Shown: positions 6,554-15,944 of the stretch, one piece after another | How the letters are laid out: the number at the start of each line of letters is the position of its first letter | Numbering within the stretch: the stretch's first letter is position 1 | Virus record (IMG/VR): IMGVR_UViG_3300025528_000002 | Coordinates: 1 to 44,786 of that record | Strand: one strand, 5' to 3' | Source of the DNA: a virus | DNA: 44,786 nt | The notes under the pieces: generated by a model | Databases searched by the model: none | What the model was told of the DNA's origin: nothing | The model's input: the letters and a program-made list of their open reading frames with translations, nothing else | Made by a program: the position numbers and the translations under genes

Positions 6554-8520
6554 TTCGCACTTTAAACATCGATCTTGAAACCTATTCATCTGTAGATATC
6601 AAAAAAGCAGGGCTCTACAAATATGTTCAGAGCCCTGACTTTGAAATTTTGCTCTTTGCTTATTCGGTCAATGGTGAGCCGACACAAATCGTGGACCTGG
6701 CACAGGGGGAACAAATACCTCAACAAATTATCCAAGCTTTAAGTGACCCGAGTGTCACAAAACATGCTTATAACGCAGCTTTTGAATGGTATGCCTTAAA
6801 CAAATTTTTTAACTCTCCTATCAGCCAATGGCGATGCACCATGTTCCATGGATTGTATTGCGGCTTTACAGCCGGCCTGGACGTCACCGGCAAGGTATTG
6901 GGATTGCCAAGTGATAAACAGAAAATGAGCGTTGGTAAAGCTTTGATTAAGTTGTTTTGTACTCCTACTAAACCAAATAAAAAGAATGGTGGTCGTACGC
7001 GGACACTTCCGCATCATGAGCCGGAAAAGTGGGAACTGTTTAAACAATATTGCATCCAAGACGTTGAATCAGAAAAAGAGATTGAAAGACGCTTATCTTC
7101 TTTTCCTGTTCCAATACAAGAACAAAGACTGTGGGAACTTGATCAGCTGATTAACGCCTATGGCGTAACGGTGGACAGAAAACTCATCGATGGAGCTCTC
7201 TACATAAATAATGTCGTCACCGCACAGCTGACCAATGAAGCTATGAAGATCACCGGGTTAGGCAACCCGAATAGCGTAACACAGCTAGGAAATTGGCTCA
7301 AAGAAAAAGGGTTAGAAGTTGACAATCTAAAAAACGAAACGGTCGAAGATCTCATAAAGACAACCGAAGGTGATATTAAACGGGCTCTTGAGATAAGACA
7401 AGAACTTTCCAAAACAAGTGTGAAGAAATATCAAGCGATGGAAGCCGCAGTTTGTGAGGATGGAAGAGTAAGAGGATTGTTGCAGTTCTATGGTGCCAAT
7501 AGGACCGGGCGATGGGCAGGAAGATTGGTACAAGTGCAAAACCTCCCGCGAAATTACCTTGAGACACTCGGCCATGCTCGGGAACTCGTAAGAGAAAAGA
7601 AAGTGGAAGCTTTAAAACTAATTTACGGAAACGTGCCGGACACTCTTTCACAGCTTATTCGAACCGCATTCATCCCAAGTGAAGGCCATCTGATCGTAGT
7701 AGCCGATTTTAGCGCCATTGAAGCGAGAGTGATTGCCTGGCTAGCCGAGGAGCAATGGCGATTAGAGGTCTTTCAGACACATGGAAAAATCTATGAAGCT
7801 TCTGCATCTCAAATGTTCGGTGTTCCAATCGAATTAATCAAAAAAGGGAATCCGGAATATGCTCTTAGGCAAAAAGGGAAGGTTGCTGAATTGGCTTTAG
7901 GTTACCAGGGAGGAAAAGGTGCGCTGATTCAAATGGGTGCTTTGAATATGGGTCTGACGGAAGAAGAGCTGCCCGACATTGTGAGACGTTGGCGGTCATC
8001 AAATAAGCGGATCGTGGACCTTTGGTACTCCATTGAGAATGCAGCCCTTTCCGTTATGAAAACAGGTCAGCCGGTAGGGGTGAGAGGATTAATTCTTGCT
8101 CGGGAAAGCGATATCCAAAACGGACTTGATTTTCTTACGATCACACTTCCAAGTGGAAGAAAGCTATTTTACGTGAAACCTTTTCTATCGGAGAACGATT
8201 TTGGGAAAGAAGCTCTGCACTATTACGGACTAGACCAAACCACTAAAAAGTGGACAAAACTATCAACTTACGGCGGAAAACTTGTGGAAAATATTGTACA
8301 AGCCATTGCTCGTGATTGTTTAGCAGAAACATTGAAACGATTATCGGCTGCTGGCTATCAGGTAGTCATGCACATTCACGACGAAGTTGTGCTGGACGTT
8401 CCGAAGGAATACGCGGACTTAGATAAAGTCGTCGAAATAATGAGACAGCCGATCAGCTGGGCTCCGGGACTTCCACTAAACGCGGATGGTTTTGTATCTG
8501 AATATTACAAAAAAGACTAG
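6550..8520 (+). CDS. Family-A DNA polymerase with 3'-5' exonuclease domain
   Basis: 656 aa. Exo I IDLETYS, motif A VADFSAIEARV, motif B RQKGKVAELALGYQGG, motif C HIHDEVV. Confidence 0.92.
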   Translation: MIRTLNIDLETYSSVDIKKAGLYKYVQSPDFEILLFAYSVNGEPTQIVDLAQGEQIPQQIIQALSDPSVTKHAYNAAFEWYALNKFFNSPISQWRCTMFHGLYCGFTAGLDVTGKVLGLPSDKQKMSVGKALIKLFCTPTKPNKKNGGRTRTLPHHEPEKWELFKQYCIQDVESEKEIERRLSSFPVPIQEQRLWELDQLINAYGVTVDRKLIDGALYINNVVTAQLTNEAMKITGLGNPNSVTQLGNWLKEKGLEVDNLKNETVEDLIKTTEGDIKRALEIRQELSKTSVKKYQAMEAAVCEDGRVRGLLQFYGANRTGRWAGRLVQVQNLPRNYLETLGHARELVREKKVEALKLIYGNVPDTLSQLIRTAFIPSEGHLIVVADFSAIEARVIAWLAEEQWRLEVFQTHGKIYEASASQMFGVPIELIKKGNPEYALRQKGKVAELALGYQGGKGALIQMGALNMGLTEEELPDIVRRWRSSNKRIVDLWYSIENAALSVMKTGQPVGVRGLILARESDIQNGLDFLTITLPSGRKLFYVKPFLSENDFGKEALHYYGLDQTTKKWTKLSTYGGKLVENIVQAIARDCLAETLKRLSAAGYQVVMHIHDEVVLDVPKEYADLDKVVEIMRQPISWAPGLPLNADGFVSEYYKKD

Positions 8521-8534
8521 GAGGCTGAATATTA

Positions 8535-8705
8535 ATGGGTATTCTGCACGAAAAGGTAGTGCTGACACAGGAACTAAAGCGCCAACATATGATCCAACAA
8601 TTGTTGGGCATGGGGATTACAGAAGATAACGGAAAGTCAGTTCAGGATCTGGACTATTACACGGTGCGGCATTTGTTAGCGACAGCCAAAATTAGAAATG
8701 AATGA
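8535..8705 (+). CDS. Hypothetical protein (56 aa, below track cutoff)
   Basis: ATG 10 nt after GGAGG. Fills the 8521-8720 gap. Confidence 0.4.
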   Translation: MGILHEKVVLTQELKRQHMIQQLLGMGITEDNGKSVQDLDYYTVRHLLATAKIRNE

Positions 8706-8720
8706 AAGGAGGACAGTTCC

Positions 8721-9047
8721 ATGGTCCAAGTAGGGGATTGGGTGAAGGTGAAGCTGTTTGGATACTACTTGGTCGGATTTGTTGAATACGTGTGGGATGA
8801 AACAGTGCAAATTACGAAAGTTTTGAGAATAGCGGATGGGGAAGTCCAGAGGATTAGTCAACGGTCTGGCATTTATGATGTTAGTCAAATGGAACCACTC
8901 CCAAGTGACATTCATCCAGAAGATTTATCCGTGTTGATTGATATGGCGTTAGATCATTATGACCGGCAATGGTTCGAGGAACTAACGAGGATCCAAGCAG
9001 AACCCCAGGTGTTGAACAGTCACGCGCAAATAGAGGGCAAAGGGTGA
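8721..9047 (+). CDS. Hypothetical protein (108 aa)
   Basis: RBS AAAGGAGG upstream. No motif recognised. Confidence 0.55.
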   Translation: MVQVGDWVKVKLFGYYLVGFVEYVWDETVQITKVLRIADGEVQRISQRSGIYDVSQMEPLPSDIHPEDLSVLIDMALDHYDRQWFEELTRIQAEPQVLNSHAQIEGKG

Positions 9048-9051
9048 TATC

Positions 9052-9309
9052 ATGGGCGGCCTTTTACGGAAAATAGAGCGCAGCAAAACAAACAGTGAAG
9101 CCAGGAAGATGGTTCGCTCGTTGATTCAAAACGAATGGATGGCTGGCTATCGGAAAGGGCTTGAGGATGGGGCACTGGAACAGTGGAAGCAGGATAATGA
9201 ATTGCTTGTGAAAAAGCTGCAAGGCCTAACACATTTAAAAGGCATCGGAGAAAAAACAGCAGGAAGGATCATTGAGTATTTTCTGGAAGGATTTGATGAT
9301 TCGAAATGA
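9052..9309 (+). CDS. Small protein with a helix-hairpin-helix-like motif
   Basis: 85 aa. LKGIGEKTAGRIIEYF resembles an HhH DNA-binding motif. Confidence 0.5.
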   Translation: MGGLLRKIERSKTNSEARKMVRSLIQNEWMAGYRKGLEDGALEQWKQDNELLVKKLQGLTHLKGIGEKTAGRIIEYFLEGFDDSK

Positions 9310-9902
9310 TCTTAGATTATAAAACGTTTATGAGACATGCAGAAAAAGTGACCAAAACTGCGAATGAAAGAAAACCGGATAAGCCCGAAATACATGGTGT
9401 ATATCACCATCCCGATGGCTCTTTAATTGTCACAGATGCCATTCGTTTATATAAAGTGTTCGGGATTAATCACGACAATAAGTCTGACTCAATCTACACA
9501 CCAAAAGGAAAAAAGATTGATGCCGCATACCCAAATGTAGACCGACTGATACCTACTCAAGTTCCTTTACAGGAATTAACTATAGAAGTAGGTGAATTGC
9601 TACAAGCCATGGATATTTTATATAGCGCAGGATCGCTGGTAACGGATCCGGTGATTGTCGACTTTAAAGATGATGAAGTCCGATTTACATCTATGGAGAT
9701 GAAAGGTTTTTACATCCTGCCTGTAAAATTCGAAAAACCCATTTCGTTGAACGCTCTTTATCTATTAGAAGCTTTAAAACTTTTTAAGGCAGCAAAATGT
9801 AAACTAGTTCGAGTTCAATATTTTGGTAGATTGAGACCTTTGGTTTTGAAAGATGAATCGGGAGATTTAACGGCGCTCATTCTTCCCGTCCGAAAATATT
9901 AA
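9306..9902 (+). CDS. Truncated beta-sliding-clamp-like protein (198 aa)
   Basis: LIVTDAIRLYK, YPNVDRLIP and the C-terminal ISLNALYLLEALK...ALILPVRKY parallel the DnaN motifs ATDGHRLA, FPDYRRVIP and FN..YL.D.L...MPMR. Confidence 0.45.
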   Translation: MILDYKTFMRHAEKVTKTANERKPDKPEIHGVYHHPDGSLIVTDAIRLYKVFGINHDNKSDSIYTPKGKKIDAAYPNVDRLIPTQVPLQELTIEVGELLQAMDILYSAGSLVTDPVIVDFKDDEVRFTSMEMKGFYILPVKFEKPISLNALYLLEALKLFKAAKCKLVRVQYFGRLRPLVLKDESGDLTALILPVRKY

Positions 9903-9915
9903 GGGGGTATTCGCC

Positions 9916-10344
9916 TTGTTGAGAATAGTGAATGGCAGCTTTGAACAACTCAAAGCCGAAATGAAGCATAACCAGGAAATTGTGAAAAGACAGATCAAAG
10001 AACTTGAGAAAGAACGTAAGCAGAAAAAATATTTGACAGAATCTGAACAAAAAAGATTGCAAGAATTGGAGAAATTATTTCGGCTTTATACGCCGTCAAA
10101 GGTGTTGCCAGTTCGAATTGAAAGTACGGATTTGATTATTGACTCGAAAATCTATCAATCTTTCATGAAAAAGATCAAAGGATTTTCCTTTGAGATAACA
10201 GTGATAGCTGATAGCCTGCGGATTCGATATAAATCAGCTTTTCAGTCGCAAGGGTACATCGAATTTTACGATTTATCCCCTCATTTCGCTGATTTTCAAA
10301 ATATTCCTGTCGCGGAGATTAAAGAAGATGGCTCGGAAGCGTAA
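9916..10344 (+). CDS. Hypothetical coiled-coil protein (142 aa, TTG start)
   Basis: RBS AAGGGGG 9 nt upstream of the TTG. Confidence 0.5.
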   Translation: MLRIVNGSFEQLKAEMKHNQEIVKRQIKELEKERKQKKYLTESEQKRLQELEKLFRLYTPSKVLPVRIESTDLIIDSKIYQSFMKKIKGFSFEITVIADSLRIRYKSAFQSQGYIEFYDLSPHFADFQNIPVAEIKEDGSEA

Positions 10345-10468
10345 ACGCCAAAGAAAATGGGTGTTGTTGAAGCGCCTGGAAGAAGGACAAGCTATATACC
10401 TTTATGAGCCTTTGAGGAAATGCGATCTCAATCGCAGGCTACGAGATGGATGGAGGCAGGTGAAATAA
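10328..10468 (+). CDS. Small basic protein (46 aa, below track cutoff)
   Basis: MARKRKRQRKWVLLKRLEEG... GGAGA 9 nt upstream. Bridges the gap to the sigma gene. Confidence 0.3.
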   Translation: MARKRKRQRKWVLLKRLEEGQAIYLYEPLRKCDLNRRLRDGWRQVK

Positions 10469-10469
10469 T

Positions 10470-11630
10470 TTGTCAGATACCAAGATCATCAGAGGGGTCC
10501 TCACAACTCGTGATCAAGCGGTCCTGGGGAACATGGGGCTTGTTCGGATGGTGGCCCAAAAATACAAAAGAAAAGCTAAAAAAGCAGGATTAGATTTTGA
10601 GGACTTGGAAAGCATCGGCGCTATTGGTTTAATGAAAGCTTTTGACGGTTTTGATGATAGTAAAGGTTTTCAGTTTTCTTCTTACGCAATTCCAAAAATA
10701 AGGGGTGCTATAAATCAAGCCATTCTATATAGCGCTGATAGTGCAGTTCGGTATCCAAAAAATGTTAAAGAGTGTGCGAGGATGATTTCAGAATCAGGAT
10801 TGGAAAATGAACCGATCGAGAGGATCGCTACCAAACTTGAAACGTCTACGAACCAGGTAAAACTAGCTTTAGATTATCTTCATAATAGCGACTTACGATT
10901 GGACGACGCGGCTGTAAATACCAGAAAGTATGAGGAAGGCAGTTCATATCATGAACTGATTGGATTTTCCCAAGACTTTTCAAGCATATTCGTCAATGAC
11001 TTTTTAGACACACTTAAAGCAAAAGAGCGGGAAATAGCTGAGCTAGCATTAGCTGGTTACGGCACCACTGAAATAGGGAAACGGTTAGGTTTTTCTAAAA
11101 GCTATGTACGTACTTACATGCCGAGAATCAAGAATAAGTTAGAAAAATACATGGCCGGTGAAAAATTACGGAGAAAGAGGGTGCGCACTGTGAATCAAGA
11201 AAAGAAATCCTCAGCTTCCCTTTCTTCTTCCGTTCCAAAAGAATTGACGGAAGAAATCTACAATGAACTTCGACAAAAAGGTTTATCTAACAAACAGATT
11301 GCAGAGAAACTAGGTATTAAACTCTATCAAATCTATAAACACAAGAAACAGTGGTCGGGTAATCCTAAACCTACATCACCAAAGAAAGAAGGCGAATCAA
11401 CAACTAAACCTGTCGATGATCTTATCTATAAACCGACTCATTATCATCAAGGTGGGATCGATGTAATTGCTTATATGGAAATGAAATTTCCTAAAGAGCA
11501 ATTGATTGGGTTTCATCGCGGGAACGTTTTGAAATATCTCATTCGATACCGGGATAAAGGCGGTATAGAAGATTTAAAGAAAGCTAGGTTTTATTTGGAC
11601 AAGCTGATTGAGGTTGAGTCACTTGAATAA
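10470..11630 (+). CDS. Sigma-70-family factor fused to an extra HTH and a DUF3310-like C-terminal domain
   Basis: 386 aa. Region 2 (DLESIGAIGLMKAFDGFDDSKGFQFSSYAIPKIRGAI). Region 4 (EREIAELALAGYGTTEIGKRLGFSKSYV). Second HTH (LSNKQIAEKLGI). C-terminus KPTHYHQGGIDVIAYME...GNVLKYLIRYRDKGG..DLKKARFYLDKL is DUF3310-like. Confidence 0.7.
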   Translation: MSDTKIIRGVLTTRDQAVLGNMGLVRMVAQKYKRKAKKAGLDFEDLESIGAIGLMKAFDGFDDSKGFQFSSYAIPKIRGAINQAILYSADSAVRYPKNVKECARMISESGLENEPIERIATKLETSTNQVKLALDYLHNSDLRLDDAAVNTRKYEEGSSYHELIGFSQDFSSIFVNDFLDTLKAKEREIAELALAGYGTTEIGKRLGFSKSYVRTYMPRIKNKLEKYMAGEKLRRKRVRTVNQEKKSSASLSSSVPKELTEEIYNELRQKGLSNKQIAEKLGIKLYQIYKHKKQWSGNPKPTSPKKEGESTTKPVDDLIYKPTHYHQGGIDVIAYMEMKFPKEQLIGFHRGNVLKYLIRYRDKGGIEDLKKARFYLDKLIEVESLE

Positions 11631-11652
11631 TGGTTGGGAGGTCGTTTCATAA

Positions 11653-12378
11653 ATGCATTATCTTTATGATCCTAGAACCAATATTTTATCTGAAACTTCG
11701 ATTCCGTATCTAATGGAGTTAACGGGTAGGTCTAAAAGTAATTTATATGCGCATAAAAAGCAAAAGCGAAAAATCAAGGACATCAATTGCTACTTAACAG
11801 ATGAAAATGTTTCCCTAGAACAGCGCAGAATTTGGTATGAATCGGAAACCTACGAAGACGAAGCATGGAAGGTTGTTCATGGATCTGACGGAAAGTTTTT
11901 AATATCCAATTACGGACGCTTTAAACGCGTCCGTAAAGAGAAAACGTATTTCCTGATGCCTTTTTTCCACAAAAGAACTGGAAAACTCATGATAAAAGTG
12001 CAATTTAACGGTCGGTACGGACAATATCCCATTGCTAACCTTGTCGCCTATCATTATATCGGTTTACCGAAGCCTGGGGAAGTGCTGCACCACAAAAATC
12101 TAATCAAAACAGACAACTTTGCAGGCAATCTTGAGTACATCTCGAGACAGAAATTGGGCAAGAAAACTGGAGGAATGGCCAAAAGCAAGCCTGTTGTCCA
12201 ATTGGATATGGAAACTTTAGAAGTCATTAACGAATTCCGTTCAGCGCGTGAAGCTGGCCGTCAATGTTATCTATCCTATCAAGCTGTTTTGGATAATTGC
12301 AATCACAGAAGTAGGTCAAGTGGTGGATACATTTTCATGTTTGCAGAGGAGTATGAAAAACGGATATTGAACTATTAG
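11653..12378 (+). CDS. Free-standing HNH homing endonuclease (NUMOD4 / HNH_3 / NUMOD1-like)
   Basis: 241 aa. WKVVHGSDGKFLISNYGRFKRV, HHKNLIKTDNFAGNLEYIS, and a C-terminal VVQLD...INEFRSAREAGRQ DNA-binding repeat. Confidence 0.8.
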   Translation: MHYLYDPRTNILSETSIPYLMELTGRSKSNLYAHKKQKRKIKDINCYLTDENVSLEQRRIWYESETYEDEAWKVVHGSDGKFLISNYGRFKRVRKEKTYFLMPFFHKRTGKLMIKVQFNGRYGQYPIANLVAYHYIGLPKPGEVLHHKNLIKTDNFAGNLEYISRQKLGKKTGGMAKSKPVVQLDMETLEVINEFRSAREAGRQCYLSYQAVLDNCNHRSRSSGGYIFMFAEEYEKRILNY

Positions 12379-12411
12379 CTTCTTGAAATTTTGAGGTGGA
12401 GGATGATTCAA

Positions 12412-12576
12412 ATGAGTATACAAGAAGGGGCTACTACTGTTGATGATTTAATTCAAATAATAGCCAAGTTGGCAAAAGAGATGAAGGAGTTCTCGAGTTG
12501 TAATAACGCTATTAGGAAAATAGAAATCAGAATTGATGAAGATGACAACAGCTTTATTATTACAAGCGTTTTTTAA
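12412..12576 (+). CDS. Hypothetical protein (54 aa from the ATG 9 nt after GGAGG)
   Basis: The track ORF 12391-12576 starts at a TTG inside the RBS. The internal ATG is better placed. Confidence 0.35.
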   Translation: MSIQEGATTVDDLIQIIAKLAKEMKEFSSCNNAIRKIEIRIDEDDNSFIITSVF

Positions 12577-12644
12577 GAGGATAGTTTTTCCATCGGATTT
12601 CACTCTGAAAGTTAAACACCCTAAAAAACTCTACTCAAGGGAGC

Positions 12645-12923
12645 GTGATCTTGTTGGCTAAAAATAATTTACCGTTGCGTGTACTTGCTGACGTGGCAGA
12701 CGAACGTCTTCGTCAAAACCAAAAATGGGGATTACAACGGCACTCTTATGGGGATTGGCTAAAGATTCTCATAGAAGAAGTCGGAGAAGTCGCTCAAGCC
12801 ATGCAAGTGGGCGAAAACTGGGCAAAAGAATCAGATGCAAGCAACCTTTATGAGGAATTAATCCAAACGGCTGCGGTCGCTGTGGCTATCGCTGAACAAG
12901 TGATGGAAGTGGAATCATCGTGA
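12645..12923 (+). CDS. MazG-like nucleotide pyrophosphohydrolase
   Basis: 92 aa. The EEVGEVAQA...EELIQTAAVAVAI pattern is typical of small phage MazG proteins. The start may instead be the TTG at 12651. Confidence 0.55.
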   Translation: MILLAKNNLPLRVLADVADERLRQNQKWGLQRHSYGDWLKILIEEVGEVAQAMQVGENWAKESDASNLYEELIQTAAVAVAIAEQVMEVESS

Positions 12924-12991
12924 TAAACCGTCATGCGGAGAAATTTACTTATTACCTTCGCAATAGTCTCCGAAAGATTAGGTGATCTTAT

Positions 12992-15409
12992 ATGCAATAT
13001 GACAGAAAAATAACCATCTCCGCAGCTGGAAGCCGTAAGGCAACCTTATGGCCAGCGCAGACTCTTTACTGGTCTGAAATGGTGGAAAAGTTGAGAACGG
13101 CGGTCCGGGGAACCGAAACACTAGCTGAATATTTGAAACTACCTAAACGAGAACAAGACGAACTGAAAGACGTTGGCGGCTTTGTAGGCGGAACGCTCGC
13201 TGGAAATCGGCGCAAAGCGTCTAACGTAACCGGCAGGGACCTAATCACACTAGACATGGATAACATTCCTGCTGGCGGAACAGCTGACGTATTACGCCGT
13301 CTTGAAGGACTTGGATGCGCCTACGCCGTTTATAGCACCCGCAAACATGAGGAAGCTAGGCCCCGTTTGCGGGTGATCGTTCCTTTAAACCGAACGGCTA
13401 CTGCCGATGAATACGAGCCATTAGCTAGAAAATTAGCATCCATCATCGGTATCTCGTTCATGGATCCTACCACGTTTCAGGTTCACAGGCTCATGTATTG
13501 GCCGTCTTGTTGTGCAGATAGCCAATATGTTTTTCGGTATTCGGACAAGCCTTTTTTAGACGCCGATGGTTTGCTCTCTTTATACAGCGATTGGAGGAAT
13601 ATACAAGAGTGGCCAGAGGTCCCAGGTGCTCAATCACACAAAAGACTGGCAGCAAAACAAGGGAATCCTCTTGAAAAGAATGGAGTTGTGGGTGCTTTTT
13701 GCCGACAATATAACATATTCCGAGCCATTGAAACATTTTTACCAGGTGTCTACGAGCCGACCGATACCGATCCGAATCGTTTAACGTTTGTAGAAGGATC
13801 CACGGTAGGCGGGGCCATTGTGTATGAAGATGGTTTGTTCCTTTATTCCCACCATGCTACGGATCCGTGCAGCGGAAAGCTTGTGAATGCATTTGACCTG
13901 GTCCGTTTGCATAAATTTGGTGATTTGGATGATGAAGCAAAGCCTGATACACCTGTGAATCGCCTTCCGTCTTTCGCGGAAATGAGCGCCTTTGCCTTAA
14001 ACGACGCAGGTGTTGCGGCCATTTTGAACGAGGAACGGTATAAAAAAGCGCTCGAAGATTTCGGAGAAGTTGAAACGCCAGCGACAGAAGAAGATCATAA
14101 CTGGATCAGAAAGTTACAAATCAATCCGAACACGGGGCGGCCTTTACGGACCATCGAAAATGCTTTAATTGCGCTTGAACACGAACCTCATTTAAGAGGG
14201 CGCATTAAAATGGATGCTTTCTCGGATGCCATTATTGGAGAAGCACCTTTACCGTGGGCGCCAAGGGATAATGAGGAAGGGCCCTTCCGTTGGACGGACT
14301 CCGACGACGCTGGATTACGAAACTATTTAGAGAAGATAATTGGCTTTCGCGTTAAAGATATTGTCAGTGATGCCCTTGTCTTATGCGCTGCCAAGAATCG
14401 GTTTAACCCAGTAACTGATTATCTCAATAGCCTGAAATGGGATGGCGTGAGGCGGTTGGATACGCTTTTTATTGATTACCTGGGCGCTGAAGATACCCCT
14501 TATGTAAGGGCTGTTACACGCAAGTCTTTTACTGCAGCTGTTGCGAGAGCCATGGAACCAGGAGTGAAATATGACACAATGCCGGTTTTAACCGGAGCAC
14601 AAGGATTGGGGAAAACCACGCTTATTCAGAAGATGGGCAAGGATTGGTTTTCTAACAGTTTAGAGTCCTTTGATGGGAAAGAAGCAGCCGAGTTACTACA
14701 AGGTGTCTGGATCGTGGAAATTGGGGAAATGAGCGCCTATAACAAGTCGGATTTGAACACGATTAAAGGTTTCTTGAGCCGTACGGAGGATCAATATCGG
14801 GCGGCTTATGCCAGAAAAGCAGAAAAGCATCCAAGACGATGTGTGTTCTTTGGTACTTCCAACAGAAGTGATTACTTAAGGGATCCGACAGGAGGCAGAC
14901 GTTTTTTACCGATTGATGTCGGCATTCAGCAACCGACTAAAAGCGTCTTTCGCGATTTGGATGGCGAAATTGATCAGTTATGGGCGGAGGCCGTGATGAA
15001 TTGGCGGCTGGGCGAGTCGTTGTTTCTCACTGGAGAACTTTTGGAGGAAGCGAAAAGGCAACAGGAAGGGCATTCAGAACAAGATCCACGAGAAAGCCTG
15101 ATTCGTGAATTTGTGGAAAGAAAAGTACCCGTGGACTGGCAAAAGAAAGATATTGCTTCCAGAAAGCTTTATTGGTCCGGAGAATTTGGGCGAGAAGATT
15201 CGATGGCAGCAACCGTTGAAAGAGATCGAATCTGCGCAGCCGAAATATGGGTGGAATGTTTTGGCGGTGAAATTCGAAACATGAAACGTTCTGATACGAT
15301 GGCCATTAATGACGTATTGGAGAAAATGGAAGGCTGGATAAAGCATAAAAAACCTTTTCGATACGGCCCATACGGATTAGTAAAAGGTGGCTATGTCAGA
15401 GAAAAATAA
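12992..15409 (+). CDS. Primase-polymerase (AEP) fused to a VirE/P4-type P-loop helicase domain
   Basis: 805 aa. LITLDMDN (DxD) and YSHHATDP in the N-terminal half. Walker A GAQGLGKTT and VWIVEIGE (Walker B-like) in the C-terminal half. Confidence 0.85.
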   Translation: MQYDRKITISAAGSRKATLWPAQTLYWSEMVEKLRTAVRGTETLAEYLKLPKREQDELKDVGGFVGGTLAGNRRKASNVTGRDLITLDMDNIPAGGTADVLRRLEGLGCAYAVYSTRKHEEARPRLRVIVPLNRTATADEYEPLARKLASIIGISFMDPTTFQVHRLMYWPSCCADSQYVFRYSDKPFLDADGLLSLYSDWRNIQEWPEVPGAQSHKRLAAKQGNPLEKNGVVGAFCRQYNIFRAIETFLPGVYEPTDTDPNRLTFVEGSTVGGAIVYEDGLFLYSHHATDPCSGKLVNAFDLVRLHKFGDLDDEAKPDTPVNRLPSFAEMSAFALNDAGVAAILNEERYKKALEDFGEVETPATEEDHNWIRKLQINPNTGRPLRTIENALIALEHEPHLRGRIKMDAFSDAIIGEAPLPWAPRDNEEGPFRWTDSDDAGLRNYLEKIIGFRVKDIVSDALVLCAAKNRFNPVTDYLNSLKWDGVRRLDTLFIDYLGAEDTPYVRAVTRKSFTAAVARAMEPGVKYDTMPVLTGAQGLGKTTLIQKMGKDWFSNSLESFDGKEAAELLQGVWIVEIGEMSAYNKSDLNTIKGFLSRTEDQYRAAYARKAEKHPRRCVFFGTSNRSDYLRDPTGGRRFLPIDVGIQQPTKSVFRDLDGEIDQLWAEAVMNWRLGESLFLTGELLEEAKRQQEGHSEQDPRESLIREFVERKVPVDWQKKDIASRKLYWSGEFGREDSMAATVERDRICAAEIWVECFGGEIRNMKRSDTMAINDVLEKMEGWIKHKKPFRYGPYGLVKGGYVREK

Positions 15410-15421
15410 GAACATATGAGC

Positions 15422-15580
15422 GTATACCTTTCACGTATACTTTCTGTTAATTTTGTATACCTTGTAAAATTTGGAAATGTATACTTTGTATACTTTAAAA
15501 AAACATCAAAGTATACACGAAGGTATACGCCAAAATCCTTGATATATCTATATTTATTATTATTTGTATACTTTGTATAC
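15422..15580 (+). repeat. Array of nine GTATAC cores, seven as GTATAC(C/T)TT in one orientation; candidate iterons, origin or promoter array
   Basis: Cores at 15422, 15435, 15455, 15479, 15488, 15511, 15523, 15566 and 15575. TGTATACTTTGTATAC occurs twice. The surrounding 307-bp gap is AT-rich and non-coding. Confidence 0.6.
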
Positions 15581-15716
15581 CTTTAATAGAAGAAAAATAA
15601 TAAATAGGTAATATAGAGAGATTAGGCACTTATATGTATTACCTAAACGCCTAATTTTCATATATACGCGCGCGCGATGATTTGATAATTGAACGAGCGA
15701 GGGTTGGTGAATTGAA

Positions 15717-15938
15717 TTGATTGATAAAGTTTCGAATGTGGCAATCATGGCTGAGTTGAAGTTGCTTTTGCAAGATGGTCCGTTGCCGCGAAAATTCTTA
15801 AAAAGACAATTTAAAGAAAAGGGTTTAACTGAGCGAGATCTCCAAACAGGAGAGGAGCTAATGGGATTGGTTGAAGAAAAATGGAACGGTGTTCTTTTCG
15901 TAAGGCTTCCTGGTGCAAATGAACAGACAGGATGGTGA
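15717..15938 (+). CDS. Hypothetical protein (73 aa; start uncertain)
   Basis: ORF with a TTG start after GAGGG. Alternative ATG at 15747. Confidence 0.4.
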   Translation: MIDKVSNVAIMAELKLLLQDGPLPRKFLKRQFKEKGLTERDLQTGEELMGLVEEKWNGVLFVRLPGANEQTGW

Positions 15939-15944
15939 TTCGAG

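Noticed and set aside
5966-6589. 207-aa minus-strand ORF and other alternate-frame ORFs over the DUF2815-like gene
   Set aside because: They are antisense or alternate frames of a Q/P-rich, codon-biased region. The plus-strand gene has an RBS and family-typical N-terminus.
15422-15580. GTATAC repeat array as a CRISPR array
   Set aside because: The repeats are only 6-9 nt with irregular 3-40 nt spacing. There are no cas genes and no repeat-spacer regularity.
15661-15680. Alternating CG run (ACGCGCGCGCGA) as an independent feature
   Set aside because: It is only about 11 nt. It is noted as part of the putative origin region and does not support a call on its own.
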